Assembly (NCBI RefSeq): GCF_051097895.1 | Contig: NZ_CP142525.1 | Location: 1,560,001-1,592,000, forward strand | Direction of reading: 5' to 3' | Source of the DNA: Psychrobacter sp. HD31 | GTDB lineage: Bacteria > Pseudomonadota > Gammaproteobacteria > Pseudomonadales > Moraxellaceae | Length of the DNA: 32,000 nt | Part shown: piece by piece, positions 22,282 to 30,431 of the stretch | Position numbering within the stretch: the stretch's first letter is position 1 | How the letters are laid out: every line of letters starts with the position of its first letter | Notes under the pieces: model-generated | Seen by the model: only the letters and a program-made list of their open reading frames with translations | What the model was told of the DNA's origin: nothing | Databases searched by the model: none | Program-made: the position numbers and the translations under genes

Positions 22282-22548
22282 TTAGCGACGTAAGCCTAGT
22301 TGACCAATTAGCGTTGAATAACGGTTAAGGTCTTTACCTTTTAGGTAGTCTAGTAGTTTACGACGTTGGTTAACCATACGGATTAGACCACGGCGGCTGT
22401 GATGATCAGCTTTGTGCGCTTTAAAGTGAGCCTGTAGGTCGTTAATACGAGCCGTTAATAGAGCTACTTGTACTTCTGGGCTACCAGTGTCGTTTTCGCC
22501 ACGTTGGTATTGAGCGATGATTTGTTCGCGATCTTGATTTGTTAGCAT
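22282..22548 (-). CDS. rpsO: 30S ribosomal protein S15
   Basis: [70 protein letters not shown]...GLRR. The AGGAGA RBS before the ATG at 22548 means the 5-codon ORF-track extension is rejected. Confidence 0.95.
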   Translation of the reverse strand: MLTNQDREQIIAQYQRGENDTGSPEVQVALLTARINDLQAHFKAHKADHHSRRGLIRMVNQRRKLLDYLKGKDLNRYSTLIGQLGLRR

Positions 22549-22740
22549 TTTAATCTCCTGCAATGCTGTGAGTGATGATTCACTCCATTTAAATTCAGGC
22601 TATCCCTGCATTACTAGAGGTAGCCTATGGTTTGTTTTTTCTAAATTTATCTGTGTTTAAAACTTTAAAAAAACACAGAAAAATTAAGAGGGCATATCTT
22701 AGCAAAAAATTAGCTAAATTGCTAATTAATCTGATATATC

Positions 22741-23355
22741 TTATAAAATTGATAAAATATTTCTAAAAGTTAGGCTTATTCGTCCATTTTTTACCATTTT
22801 AGTTTTGGTAATGGTATGTTGCCAGTGGTTTTGTGTTTGCCCGTGCATAACAATTAATTGACCGTTTGTTAGCATGATTTCGGCTTTGTTTTTAGTCTGG
22901 TTATGTTTAAAAACAAATTTGCGGGTTTCTCCTAACGATAAACTCGCAATAATAGGTTCAAAGCCAAGCTCTGGTTCATCATCTGCATGATAGCCCATGC
23001 CTTCTTTACCGGTTGGGTAATAATTAAGTAAGCAGGCGTTAAAAGTTGTTTGTATGCCTTTCTCTTTTAATTGCTTTTCTATGAGCTGTTTCACATGAAA
23101 CACGTCATTTATCCAAGGTATGCTTAGGCGATTATGCCCAGAATATCGGTAACTAACATTATCGCCCATCCATACAATTTGCCGTTTGGTAATGTGTGTT
23201 TTACCAAAAATAGTGACTATATCGGATTGCCAAGGAAGCTTGCTTAGCAAGGTTTGGTAAAGCTGGGTTGGGTTGTCTAGTACAACACCAAAATCATTAA
23301 CCATGCCATCGTAAGGTAATAGGTTATCTTGTGGATTTGATGGGAATAGATTCAT
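22741..23355 (-). CDS. AlkB-family Fe(II)/2-oxoglutarate-dependent dioxygenase (ABH2/3-like)
   Basis: Has GYHADDEPELG (HxD iron ligands), WQHTI (distal His) and RISLTFRNI (2OG-binding Arg). 204 aa. Confidence 0.8.
   Translation of the reverse strand: MNLFPSNPQDNLLPYDGMVNDFGVVLDNPTQLYQTLLSKLPWQSDIVTIFGKTHITKRQIVWMGDNVSYRYSGHNRLSIPWINDVFHVKQLIEKQLKEKGIQTTFNACLLNYYPTGKEGMGYHADDEPELGFEPIIASLSLGETRKFVFKHNQTKNKAEIMLTNGQLIVMHGQTQNHWQHTITKTKMVKNGRISLTFRNILSIL
23088..23101. repeat. 14-mer GTTTCACATGAAAC, copy 7
   Basis: Inside the AlkB-like gene (codons FHVK). Confidence 0.95.
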
Positions 23356-23374
23356 CTTTTCACTTTAAACATAA

Positions 23375-25237
23375 CTAGTCTTTACCTAAAAACCCACCAC
23401 TTTGGCGCTGCCATAGTTTGGCATATACGCCATCTAGTGCCAGTAGCTCGTCATGGCTACCTTGTTCAATTATCTTACCTTCTTCTATAACAACCAGCTT
23501 ATCTAAAGCGGCAATTGTCGATAACCTATGGGCAATTGCGATGACGGTTTTACCTGCCATCATATCATTTAAACTTTCGGTAATTGCGTGTTCTATTTCA
23601 CTGTCTAGGGCAGAAGTTGCCTCATCTAATAATAAAATAGGTGCATTTTTTAGCATAACTCTGGCAATGGCAATACGTTGGCGTTGCCCACCAGATAGCT
23701 TAACGCCGCGCTCACCAACTTTTGTATCTAAACCTGTGTTGCCTTTTTTATCATGTAAGCCTTGGATAAACTCCCAAGCATGAGCTTTTTTGGCAGCGGC
23801 AATAATTTCATCTTCTGTGGCATCTGGGCGACCATAGGCAATATTTTCTCGTACTGTACGATGTAGCAATGAGGTATCTTGTGTTACCATGCCAATTTGC
23901 AAACGCAGAGACTCTTGCGTAACTTCATCAACGGCTTGTCCATCTATTAAAATTTTGCCAGATTGCACATCATAAAAACGCAGTAACAAATTAACTAAAG
24001 TAGATTTGCCAGCACCAGAACGCCCAACAAGTCCCACTTTTTCACCAGGCTTTATTTGTAGGTTAAAATCTGTAAGTAGATGCTCTATCTTAAGCTTATC
24101 TAAGTTTTCATCTTTAACCTCATAGGCAAAGTTAACATTATTAAAGCTAATTTCACCTTTATTGACGGTAATTTCTTTAGCATTTGGTTTGTCGATGACT
24201 GTTTGAGGCGTGGATAAAGTACTAATGCCATCTTGCACGGTGCCGATGCTTTCAAAAAGTTGTGCTATTTGCCACATTATCCAATGGGTCATGCCATTCA
24301 TACGGATTGCCATGGCGGTTGCCGTTGCAATGGCACCTGCCGTTACAATGCTGGCATTCCATAGATACAAACTAATAGCGGCTGTACTGCCCACCAATAT
24401 AATGCTGATTAAGTGGGTCATTAAGCCTAAATGAGTTACCCAACGCATTTGCCCGTGTACGGTTGTAATAAATTGTTGCATTGCGTCTTTGGCGTATTTT
24501 AACTCTCGTCGAGAATGGCTAAATAGTTTAACGGTTGTGATATTGGCATAGGCATCGGTAATTCGCCCTGTCATTAGTGAGCGGGCATCGGCTTGTTTGC
24601 GAGAGGCATCGCGTAGTTTAGGGACAAAAAAGGCAATATTGGCAATTAATAAAAGTAGCCAAAGTATAAAAGGCAATAAAAGTAGCTTATCTAGGCTAAA
24701 CATGATGACACCAGTGGTTATAAAATAAATAAACACATAAGTGAGCATGTCGCATATGGTCATGATAACGGCACGAACAGCAAGCGCTGTTTGCATGACT
24801 TTGGCAGAAACCCTACCAGAAAACTCATTTTGATAAAACTGCATGGATTGTCCAAGCATTCTTCTATGAAAACGCCAACGCATCTGCATTGGGAATACGG
24901 CTTGTATTACTTGATAATGTACCAATGATTGTAAAATTACCACTAAAGGGCTTGCGAGCATAATCATTGCCATCAACTTAATTTTATCGCCTTTTTCTGC
25001 CCATAGCGTTTGCGGGGTATAATGGCTTAACCAATCAACCAAATCACCAATCCATGCAAACAATACGGCTTCATAAACGCCCATGACAGCCACTAAAAAA
25101 GTAAACAACAATAGCCAGCCGCGTAATCCGGCAGTACATGCCCATAAAAACTTAAGCAAACCTTTGCGTGGCAAGGGGATTTGATTAGTTGGATAAGGAT
25201 TTAAACGACTCTCAAAATACTGAAAAAGTGGCTTCAT
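23375..25237 (-). CDS. ABC exporter, fused permease/ATPase (type I exporter)
   Basis: 620 aa with an N-terminal ~6-TM domain, Walker A GRSGAGKST, signature LSGGQRQR and Walker B ILLLDEATSALD. Substrate unknown. Confidence 0.88.
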   Translation of the reverse strand: MKPLFQYFESRLNPYPTNQIPLPRKGLLKFLWACTAGLRGWLLLFTFLVAVMGVYEAVLFAWIGDLVDWLSHYTPQTLWAEKGDKIKLMAMIMLASPLVVILQSLVHYQVIQAVFPMQMRWRFHRRMLGQSMQFYQNEFSGRVSAKVMQTALAVRAVIMTICDMLTYVFIYFITTGVIMFSLDKLLLLPFILWLLLLIANIAFFVPKLRDASRKQADARSLMTGRITDAYANITTVKLFSHSRRELKYAKDAMQQFITTVHGQMRWVTHLGLMTHLISIILVGSTAAISLYLWNASIVTAGAIATATAMAIRMNGMTHWIMWQIAQLFESIGTVQDGISTLSTPQTVIDKPNAKEITVNKGEISFNNVNFAYEVKDENLDKLKIEHLLTDFNLQIKPGEKVGLVGRSGAGKSTLVNLLLRFYDVQSGKILIDGQAVDEVTQESLRLQIGMVTQDTSLLHRTVRENIAYGRPDATEDEIIAAAKKAHAWEFIQGLHDKKGNTGLDTKVGERGVKLSGGQRQRIAIARVMLKNAPILLLDEATSALDSEIEHAITESLNDMMAGKTVIAIAHRLSTIAALDKLVVIEEGKIIEQGSHDELLALDGVYAKLWQRQSGGFLGKD

Positions 25238-25542
25238 TCTTGTTCTACAGTTTTAAGTTTAATAATAATCATTCTAGCAAAAAATAAATCGCTAAATAAT
25301 GAAATAATGTAAGCGCAAAATTCAAGGTTATATGGATTTAATCGCTTTGTAAAATAAAGACGATATAATTTGTTGTTTGTATGTGTATTAACAAGCAAAA
25401 TGATATTTTAATAATTTGCTAATTTTGATAAAATATATAGCCATTCAGCAAATAAATATTTTTAAATATTTAACACGTTTAACTAACATTAACGAATTTT
25501 ATAATTTTAATTCGTTTTATTTACTCACAGGAGTTTTTACCG

Positions 25543-26433
25543 ATGAGTTTTTCAGAACAAACGCAACGTATTGCCAATGATGATGGATTCATCGCAGCCC
25601 TTGACCAAAGTGGTGGCAGCACACCAAAAGCACTAAAAATATATGGTGTGAATGAAGATGAATACACCAATGAAGAAGAAATGTTTACCAAAGTACACGA
25701 GATGCGCACACGCATTATGACGTGTGATGCTTTTACATCTGAGCGTGTTTTGGGTGCAATTTTGTTTGAAAACACCATGGACAGACAAGTAAACGGCAAA
25801 CCAACGGCAAACTACTTGTGGGAAGATAAAAACGTTGTGCCTTTTTTAAAGGTAGATAAAGGTTTGGCAGATGAAGAAAACGGCGTACAGCTAATGAAGC
25901 CAATGCCAGACTTAGAAGCCTTGTTAGATAAAGCCAAAGCATACCCTATTTTTGGTACTAAAATGCGCTCGGTTATCCATACAGCCAATGCAGATGCAAT
26001 TGAAGCCGTTGTTAGCCAGCAGTTTGATGTTGCAAAACGCATTTTGGCAAAAGGTTTTATGCCAATTATTGAGCCAGAAGTTAATATTGAAAGTGCAGAC
26101 AAAGCAGAGTCTGAAGCATTATTAAAAGCAAGCTTTTTAAAGCATCTTGATGAACTACCAGCAGATCAAAAAGTTATGTTTAAACTAACATTGCCAGAGG
26201 TTGCGGGCTTTTATCAAGAATTGATTGACCACCCTAAAGTATTAAAAGTGGTGGCGTTGTCTGGCGGTTATTCTCGTGATGAATCTTGCCAGCGTTTAAC
26301 AGATAACAAAGGTATTATTGCTAGCTTCTCTCGTGCATTTACCCAAGGTTTGGCAAAAGCACAAAGTGAAGACGAGTTTGCCAGCACAATGGATGCTACA
26401 ATTGATATGATTTATAGCGCTTCTAAATCTTAA
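25543..26433 (+). CDS. class I fructose-bisphosphate aldolase (296-aa Staphylococcus Fda type)
   Basis: The N-terminal GFIAALDQSGGSTPKALKIYGV block and length match the short bacterial class I aldolase family. An AGGAG RBS lies upstream. Confidence 0.8.
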   Translation: MSFSEQTQRIANDDGFIAALDQSGGSTPKALKIYGVNEDEYTNEEEMFTKVHEMRTRIMTCDAFTSERVLGAILFENTMDRQVNGKPTANYLWEDKNVVPFLKVDKGLADEENGVQLMKPMPDLEALLDKAKAYPIFGTKMRSVIHTANADAIEAVVSQQFDVAKRILAKGFMPIIEPEVNIESADKAESEALLKASFLKHLDELPADQKVMFKLTLPEVAGFYQELIDHPKVLKVVALSGGYSRDESCQRLTDNKGIIASFSRAFTQGLAKAQSEDEFASTMDATIDMIYSASKS

Positions 26434-26472
26434 TTTGGTTTATTACTAACTATAGACTTAGATTACAGCAAT

Positions 26473-26505
26473 AAAAAACGCACTCATATTAGAGTGCGTT
26501 TTTTA
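26473..26505 (+). terminator. rho-independent terminator after the aldolase gene
   Basis: AAAAAACGCACTC atatta GAGTGCGTTTTTT. Confidence 0.8.
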
Positions 26506-26566
26506 TTTGTATATAACATAGTTGTTTAAAAGTATTTTGTCATAAAATATTCTCTAATTGTAAGAA

Positions 26567-26580
26567 GTTTCACATGAAAC
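26567..26580. repeat. 14-mer GTTTCACATGAAAC, copy 8
   Basis: Intergenic between the convergent aldolase gene and thrC. It forms the core of a 30-bp near-perfect palindrome at 26559-26588. Confidence 0.95.
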
Positions 26581-26639
26581 CTCTTACATTCTACACACAG
26601 CTTTTACAAACAAGTTTTACACACAATTTTTTATGAAAA

Positions 26640-28058
26640 CTAGGCAATTGGTTCAACGTGTTTAACAATCTCATCAGCCACTAAGCTTGCTTGGTTATCA
26701 AGTTTTATCACGTGCTGTGGTAGGCTTTCAATATCTTGCGTGTGTGCTGGGCGTGGTATGGCTACTTCGCCAATGGCTTCCTGCATGGTTTCTGCAAACT
26801 TAGCAGGTAATGCGGTTTCTGCACATACAATAATTTCGCCATTTTTTTGTAGTTCTTTAGCCACTTTAACGCCATCTGCAGTGTGTGGGTCTATTAAATC
26901 ACCCGTTGCCTCGTAAACCGCTTTAATGGTTGCCAAACGGTTTGCGTGGGTAGATTTACCTGCTGCAAAGCCAAAACGCTCATTAATGGTTTGTGAAAGC
27001 TCAGCCAACTCAAAGCCTTTGCCAGACTTAACGCCCTGAAACAGCTCATTTACCTTTTGTGTGTCTTTACCTAAAAGCAGATAAATAAAACGCTCAAAGT
27101 TAGAGGCTTTAGAAATATCCATAGACGGGCTAGAGGTTACGTAAGTTTTGTCTGCTGGGCGTGGTTGGTAGCTACCGCCGTTAAAAAACTCGTTTAGTAC
27201 GTCATTTTCGTTAGTTGCTACAATCAATCGCTCAACAGGTAAGCCCATTTCACGTGCTATGTGCCCTGCACAAATATTACCAAAGTTGCCAGACGGCACA
27301 CAAAAGCTCACTTTTTGCTCGTTTGTGCTAGTGGTTGCAAAGTAGGCTTTAAAGTAATAAACGATTTGCGCCAAAATACGACCCCAGTTAATAGAGTTAA
27401 CCGTACCTAAGCTGTATTTTGCTTTAAAGTCTGCGTCTTCTTGCAAGGCTTTAACAATGTCTTGGCAATCATCAAACATGCCGTCAATAGCAATGTTATG
27501 GATGTTTTTATCAGTTAGGCTGTACATTTGCGCACGCTGAAACTCACTCATTTTACCTTGAGGAGACAGCATAAATACTTCTACGTTTTCTTTACCACGC
27601 AGGGCGTATTCTGCCGCACTGCCCGTATCGCCACTGGTTGCACCAATAATGGTAATACGCTCGCCTTTTTGCTTAAGCACATATTCAAACGCATTGCCCA
27701 AAAACTGCATGGCAATGTCTTTAAATGCAAGCGTAGGTCCGTTAGATAGCCCAAGTATGTGTATGCCGTTGCCAAGCTCACGCACAGGCACAATGTCTTC
27801 ATTGCCAAATGCTTCTACCGTGTAGGTGCGGTTTACAATGTCTTTTAAATCATCGCTGGCAATGTCGGTTGCAAACAGGCTCATAATCTCATAAGCAAGC
27901 GCTTGGTAGCTAAGGTTACGCCACTCATTTAACTTGGCTGCATCAATTTGAGGATATTGCTCTGGCAACATCAAACCGCCATCTGGTGCTAAACCCATTA
28001 AAAGCACATCACTAAATGCCATTGGCTCGGTTTGACCACGCGTGCTGATATATTTCAT
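26640..28058 (-). CDS. thrC: threonine synthase (long form)
   Basis: 472 aa. Starts MKYISTRGQ, has PLP-lysine region GPTLAFKD and GATSGDTGSAA. Confidence 0.93.
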   Translation of the reverse strand: MKYISTRGQTEPMAFSDVLLMGLAPDGGLMLPEQYPQIDAAKLNEWRNLSYQALAYEIMSLFATDIASDDLKDIVNRTYTVEAFGNEDIVPVRELGNGIHILGLSNGPTLAFKDIAMQFLGNAFEYVLKQKGERITIIGATSGDTGSAAEYALRGKENVEVFMLSPQGKMSEFQRAQMYSLTDKNIHNIAIDGMFDDCQDIVKALQEDADFKAKYSLGTVNSINWGRILAQIVYYFKAYFATTSTNEQKVSFCVPSGNFGNICAGHIAREMGLPVERLIVATNENDVLNEFFNGGSYQPRPADKTYVTSSPSMDISKASNFERFIYLLLGKDTQKVNELFQGVKSGKGFELAELSQTINERFGFAAGKSTHANRLATIKAVYEATGDLIDPHTADGVKVAKELQKNGEIIVCAETALPAKFAETMQEAIGEVAIPRPAHTQDIESLPQHVIKLDNQASLVADEIVKHVEPIA

Positions 28059-28161
28059 TTTTTACCTACTAACTTAGTTATCAATCATTTTTTAACCATT
28101 ATACAAAAACTCAAGCCTTATGCGGAACTATTTATATGATTGTTATGTATAAAATTTATTT

Positions 28162-28316
28162 GTAGCTAATCCTGCTGTCCGCTTTTATTTCAATTTGTCT
28201 GTGGCGTTGCTCATTAGGTTAATGGTGTTTCATTATTCAAGCAACCACTCTTAACCTTATTCGCAATCGCCACAGCCTAAATTTCAATACCACTACCATC
28301 AGGGCTAAAACGCACC
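28162..28316. repeat. ~155-bp long-hairpin dispersed repeat, copy 2 (inverted relative to copy 1)
   Basis: Its reverse complement aligns end to end with 1388-1543 (about 93% identity by hand). It lies between the thrC upstream region and the first island gene. Confidence 0.8.
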
Positions 28317-28390
28317 GAGTGCGACCTTATTCTCTTCTGAGTTGGGTCTCGTTACCTCGACGCCAACCTACTATGTCTTTTTAAATCATA

Positions 28391-28419
28391 TTGTTAGCGT
28401 GCTATATTGGTGCTAGTAT
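28391..28419 (+). promoter_or_regulatory. possible promoter of the two-gene island operon
   Basis: TTGTTA (28391-28396), a 17-nt spacer and TAGTAT (28414-28419), ~40 nt upstream of the ATG at 28461. Weak match, by eye only. Confidence 0.3.
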
Positions 28420-28460
28420 GGATAGATAATAAATTGTTAGCTCTTAGCTGGAAGTCACGT

Positions 28461-29189
28461 ATGAAGAACTGCCTAAACCGAAAAGTATTTGATTCATTAT
28501 CTTCTTCATTCGATAGAATAGATGAAGCTGCATGGTATATTCGCTTAATGGAAGAAAACTACCATAAAGCCGATAAATTTCGGTGGTCTTTAAACTCCTT
28601 TTTGAGAACTCTAAAAGAAATAATGCAGATGGTTACAATGGAAGTTCAAGGCGACGAAAGACTCAAATCGTTAGTTGCTAGTAAAAAATCTGAACTTTCT
28701 GAAGACCCATTGATTCACTTTTTATACAAGCAACGTAATTTAGTTGTTCATAAATCTATGCTGAAACCAGCAAGTAAAGGTAGCGTTGGGTTTACTCGTG
28801 GTCGAGGTATGAAGTTAGGATTAAATATACCGATTGATCCTCTTAGTGATAGTGAAGAAGGGATAAAAAGATATATTGCTCATGCTGCAAAAAATTCTGA
28901 CTTTCTTGGTATTTTATATACCGAAGAAGATGGTGGAGGTGAATATACTTGTGTTCAACGCGAATGGAAACTTGAGCAATTTCCAGAAGATGAGATAACC
29001 AAACTTGCGGCAACTGCATGGGATAAGGTGGCGCAAGCATTTTTTGATGTTGCAGATGAAATGGGTGCAAAGCTAATAAAACCTTCGTTTGAGCTAGGCA
29101 ACCCTAATGACGTGCAGTTTGAAATATACAATCCTGCATGGATAAAAGCGCAACTCGAACGTACTAGACAGCAAGTGATTATTGGGTAA
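28461..29189 (+). CDS. hypothetical cytoplasmic protein with HEPN-like R-N-x3-H motif (putative RNase/sensor)
   Basis: 242 aa from the ATG at 28461, with a GGAAG RBS 6 nt upstream. The ORF track starts at TTG 28407. The helical N-terminal ~110 aa end in FLYKQRNLVVHKS (R at 28734-28736, H at 28749-28751), which fits the HEPN Rx4-6H signature with the common RN dipeptide. The C-terminal ~130 aa are unassigned. No TM segment or signal peptide. Confidence 0.7.
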   Translation: MKNCLNRKVFDSLSSSFDRIDEAAWYIRLMEENYHKADKFRWSLNSFLRTLKEIMQMVTMEVQGDERLKSLVASKKSELSEDPLIHFLYKQRNLVVHKSMLKPASKGSVGFTRGRGMKLGLNIPIDPLSDSEEGIKRYIAHAAKNSDFLGILYTEEDGGGEYTCVQREWKLEQFPEDEITKLAATAWDKVAQAFFDVADEMGAKLIKPSFELGNPNDVQFEIYNPAWIKAQLERTRQQVIIG

Positions 29190-29201
29190 AACACCTTACT
29201 T

Positions 29202-30005
29202 ATGAGAAACAGTGGTTTGCAAAATTTTACGAAAAGACTACTTAAAACTTCCGATGCTTTAGCAAAAATACCAAGTCTAGGCTGGGGTTTAAGTTATTTT
29301 ATAACAATATTAATTTTTGCCGTTGTTTATAAAATGAATAGTACAGGCTTTTATCACACCACTTCACAATTTGAGAAAAACCTAAATGAAGATGCAATTG
29401 AAATTCTTAATTCTATTGAATCTTCATTAGTCACTGTTACTAACTTTTCACCTGCAAACTATGATGGTTGGACGCTGCTCAAAGATGAGTTTGAAGTTCA
29501 TTCATTAAGGCATTTCGATAACAATATCGGATTTACTGTATTGACAGTTTTTGAAAAAGATAATGCTATGGTAAGTATGAATGTGGAATTAAATTTCAAA
29601 TTGAATGAAGAACTTATTACCTGTACTGAAAAAAATGAGTGTTATTCAACTCACTTTTTACAAACAACAAGACCAATTTTTGATAAAGAAAACAACTTTG
29701 AAGCTTTGACCCCTCAAGCTTTGTCTTATTATGGCGATATACATTGGTTCAAAACACCTTTAACACTTGATAAAAAAATAAAAGGGTATGTGGCTGCTAA
29801 AAAAGGTTTTCCTTCTGAAGCTAGTGGTAGTTTTAATAGAATGCTTTATCTAAGTGTTGTGACAATAACAACGCTTGGTTATGGAGATATTGTTCCAATA
29901 TCTGGTTTAAATCGTTTTTTAGTTGGACTTGAATCTATAATTGGGTTGATAATTGTAGGATTATTTTTAAATTCACTTTCTAGAGAGAGGCGTAAGGTAC
30001 TCTAA
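29202..30005 (+). CDS. 2-TM potassium-channel-family protein with large extracytoplasmic insert
   Basis: 267 aa. TM1 is LGWGLSYFITILIFAVVY (aa ~26-44). Pore helix plus canonical K+ selectivity filter is FNRMLYLSVVTITTLGYGDIVP (TTLGYGD = 29868-29888). TM2 is FLVGLESIIGLIIVGLFLNSL, followed by only 7 more residues (RERRKVL). It starts 12 nt after the upstream stop. Confidence 0.85.
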   Translation: MRNSGLQNFTKRLLKTSDALAKIPSLGWGLSYFITILIFAVVYKMNSTGFYHTTSQFEKNLNEDAIEILNSIESSLVTVTNFSPANYDGWTLLKDEFEVHSLRHFDNNIGFTVLTVFEKDNAMVSMNVELNFKLNEELITCTEKNECYSTHFLQTTRPIFDKENNFEALTPQALSYYGDIHWFKTPLTLDKKIKGYVAAKKGFPSEASGSFNRMLYLSVVTITTLGYGDIVPISGLNRFLVGLESIIGLIIVGLFLNSLSRERRKVL

Positions 30006-30013
30006 AAATTTAA

Positions 30014-30035
30014 GTAGAGTGCGTTCTACGCACCA
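30014..30035 (+). repeat. GTAG-headed palindromic element, single arm (S1)
   Basis: GTAGAGTGCGTTCTACGCACCA, 8 nt after the channel-gene stop. It shares 19-21 of 22 nt with the arms of the elements at 31643-31704. Internal mini-palindromes are GTAGA/TCTAC and GTGCG/CGCAC. Confidence 0.6.
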
Positions 30036-30063
30036 GCTTACTACTCACACTATAATTTAACTA

Positions 30064-30300
30064 TCAAACCTTCCTCAATACCGCATAATAAAAGCCATCG
30101 CCACCGCTTTTGTTTAAGTCGCTATCTATTGGCAAGCATTGGCGTCCAACTGCTTGTTCAATGCCTCAATCTGCGTCAATCTTGACCTCATTGGCATCGC
30201 TATGGTCTGCCAAAAACGCCAACATTTGGGTCTCGTTTTCATCTTTTAAAATAGAGCAAGTGGCAATAATTAAAACCCCGTTTGGTTTTAATTATTGCCA
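30064..30300 (-). pseudogene. decayed duplicate of the rsmB 3' end (last ~79 codons)
   Basis: 30056-30300 aligns without indels to 31713-31957 (offset 1657), with about 17 mismatches by hand and 81 bp identical at 30185-30265. In the rsmB frame it carries in-frame stops at 30168-30166 (TGA replacing the Trp TGG) and 30294-30292 (TAA replacing Gln CAA). Homology ends abruptly at 30300. Confidence 0.85.
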
Positions 30301-30431
30301 TGACATTGGTTATAAAGTCGACTACTTGTTTTTATTAAATTTTTTCCATATAGTTAACTGGTTATTTAATGATTTAAAGCTCAGTCAAAATGGCAGAGAA
30401 GCCCACGTTATGAATTAAAAAAGGAAAATTT

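Noticed and set aside
25521-26102. Minus-strand ORFs 25521-25799, 25733-25942 and 25812-26102
   Set aside because: They are antisense shadows of the class I aldolase gene, which has a good RBS and family-typical sequence.
30014-30035. tRNA 3' end (…CGCACCA) as an integration target
   Set aside because: The arm ends in GCACCA, but there is no T-arm (GTTCRANYC) and no acceptor-stem partner. The duplicated target is clearly the rsmB 3' end.
30110-30418. 102-aa plus-strand ORF
   Set aside because: Most of it is the antisense reading of the rsmB 3' pseudogene fragment. It has a non-ATG start and no RBS. The same antisense frame appears as a spurious ORF opposite the real rsmB (31682-31906).
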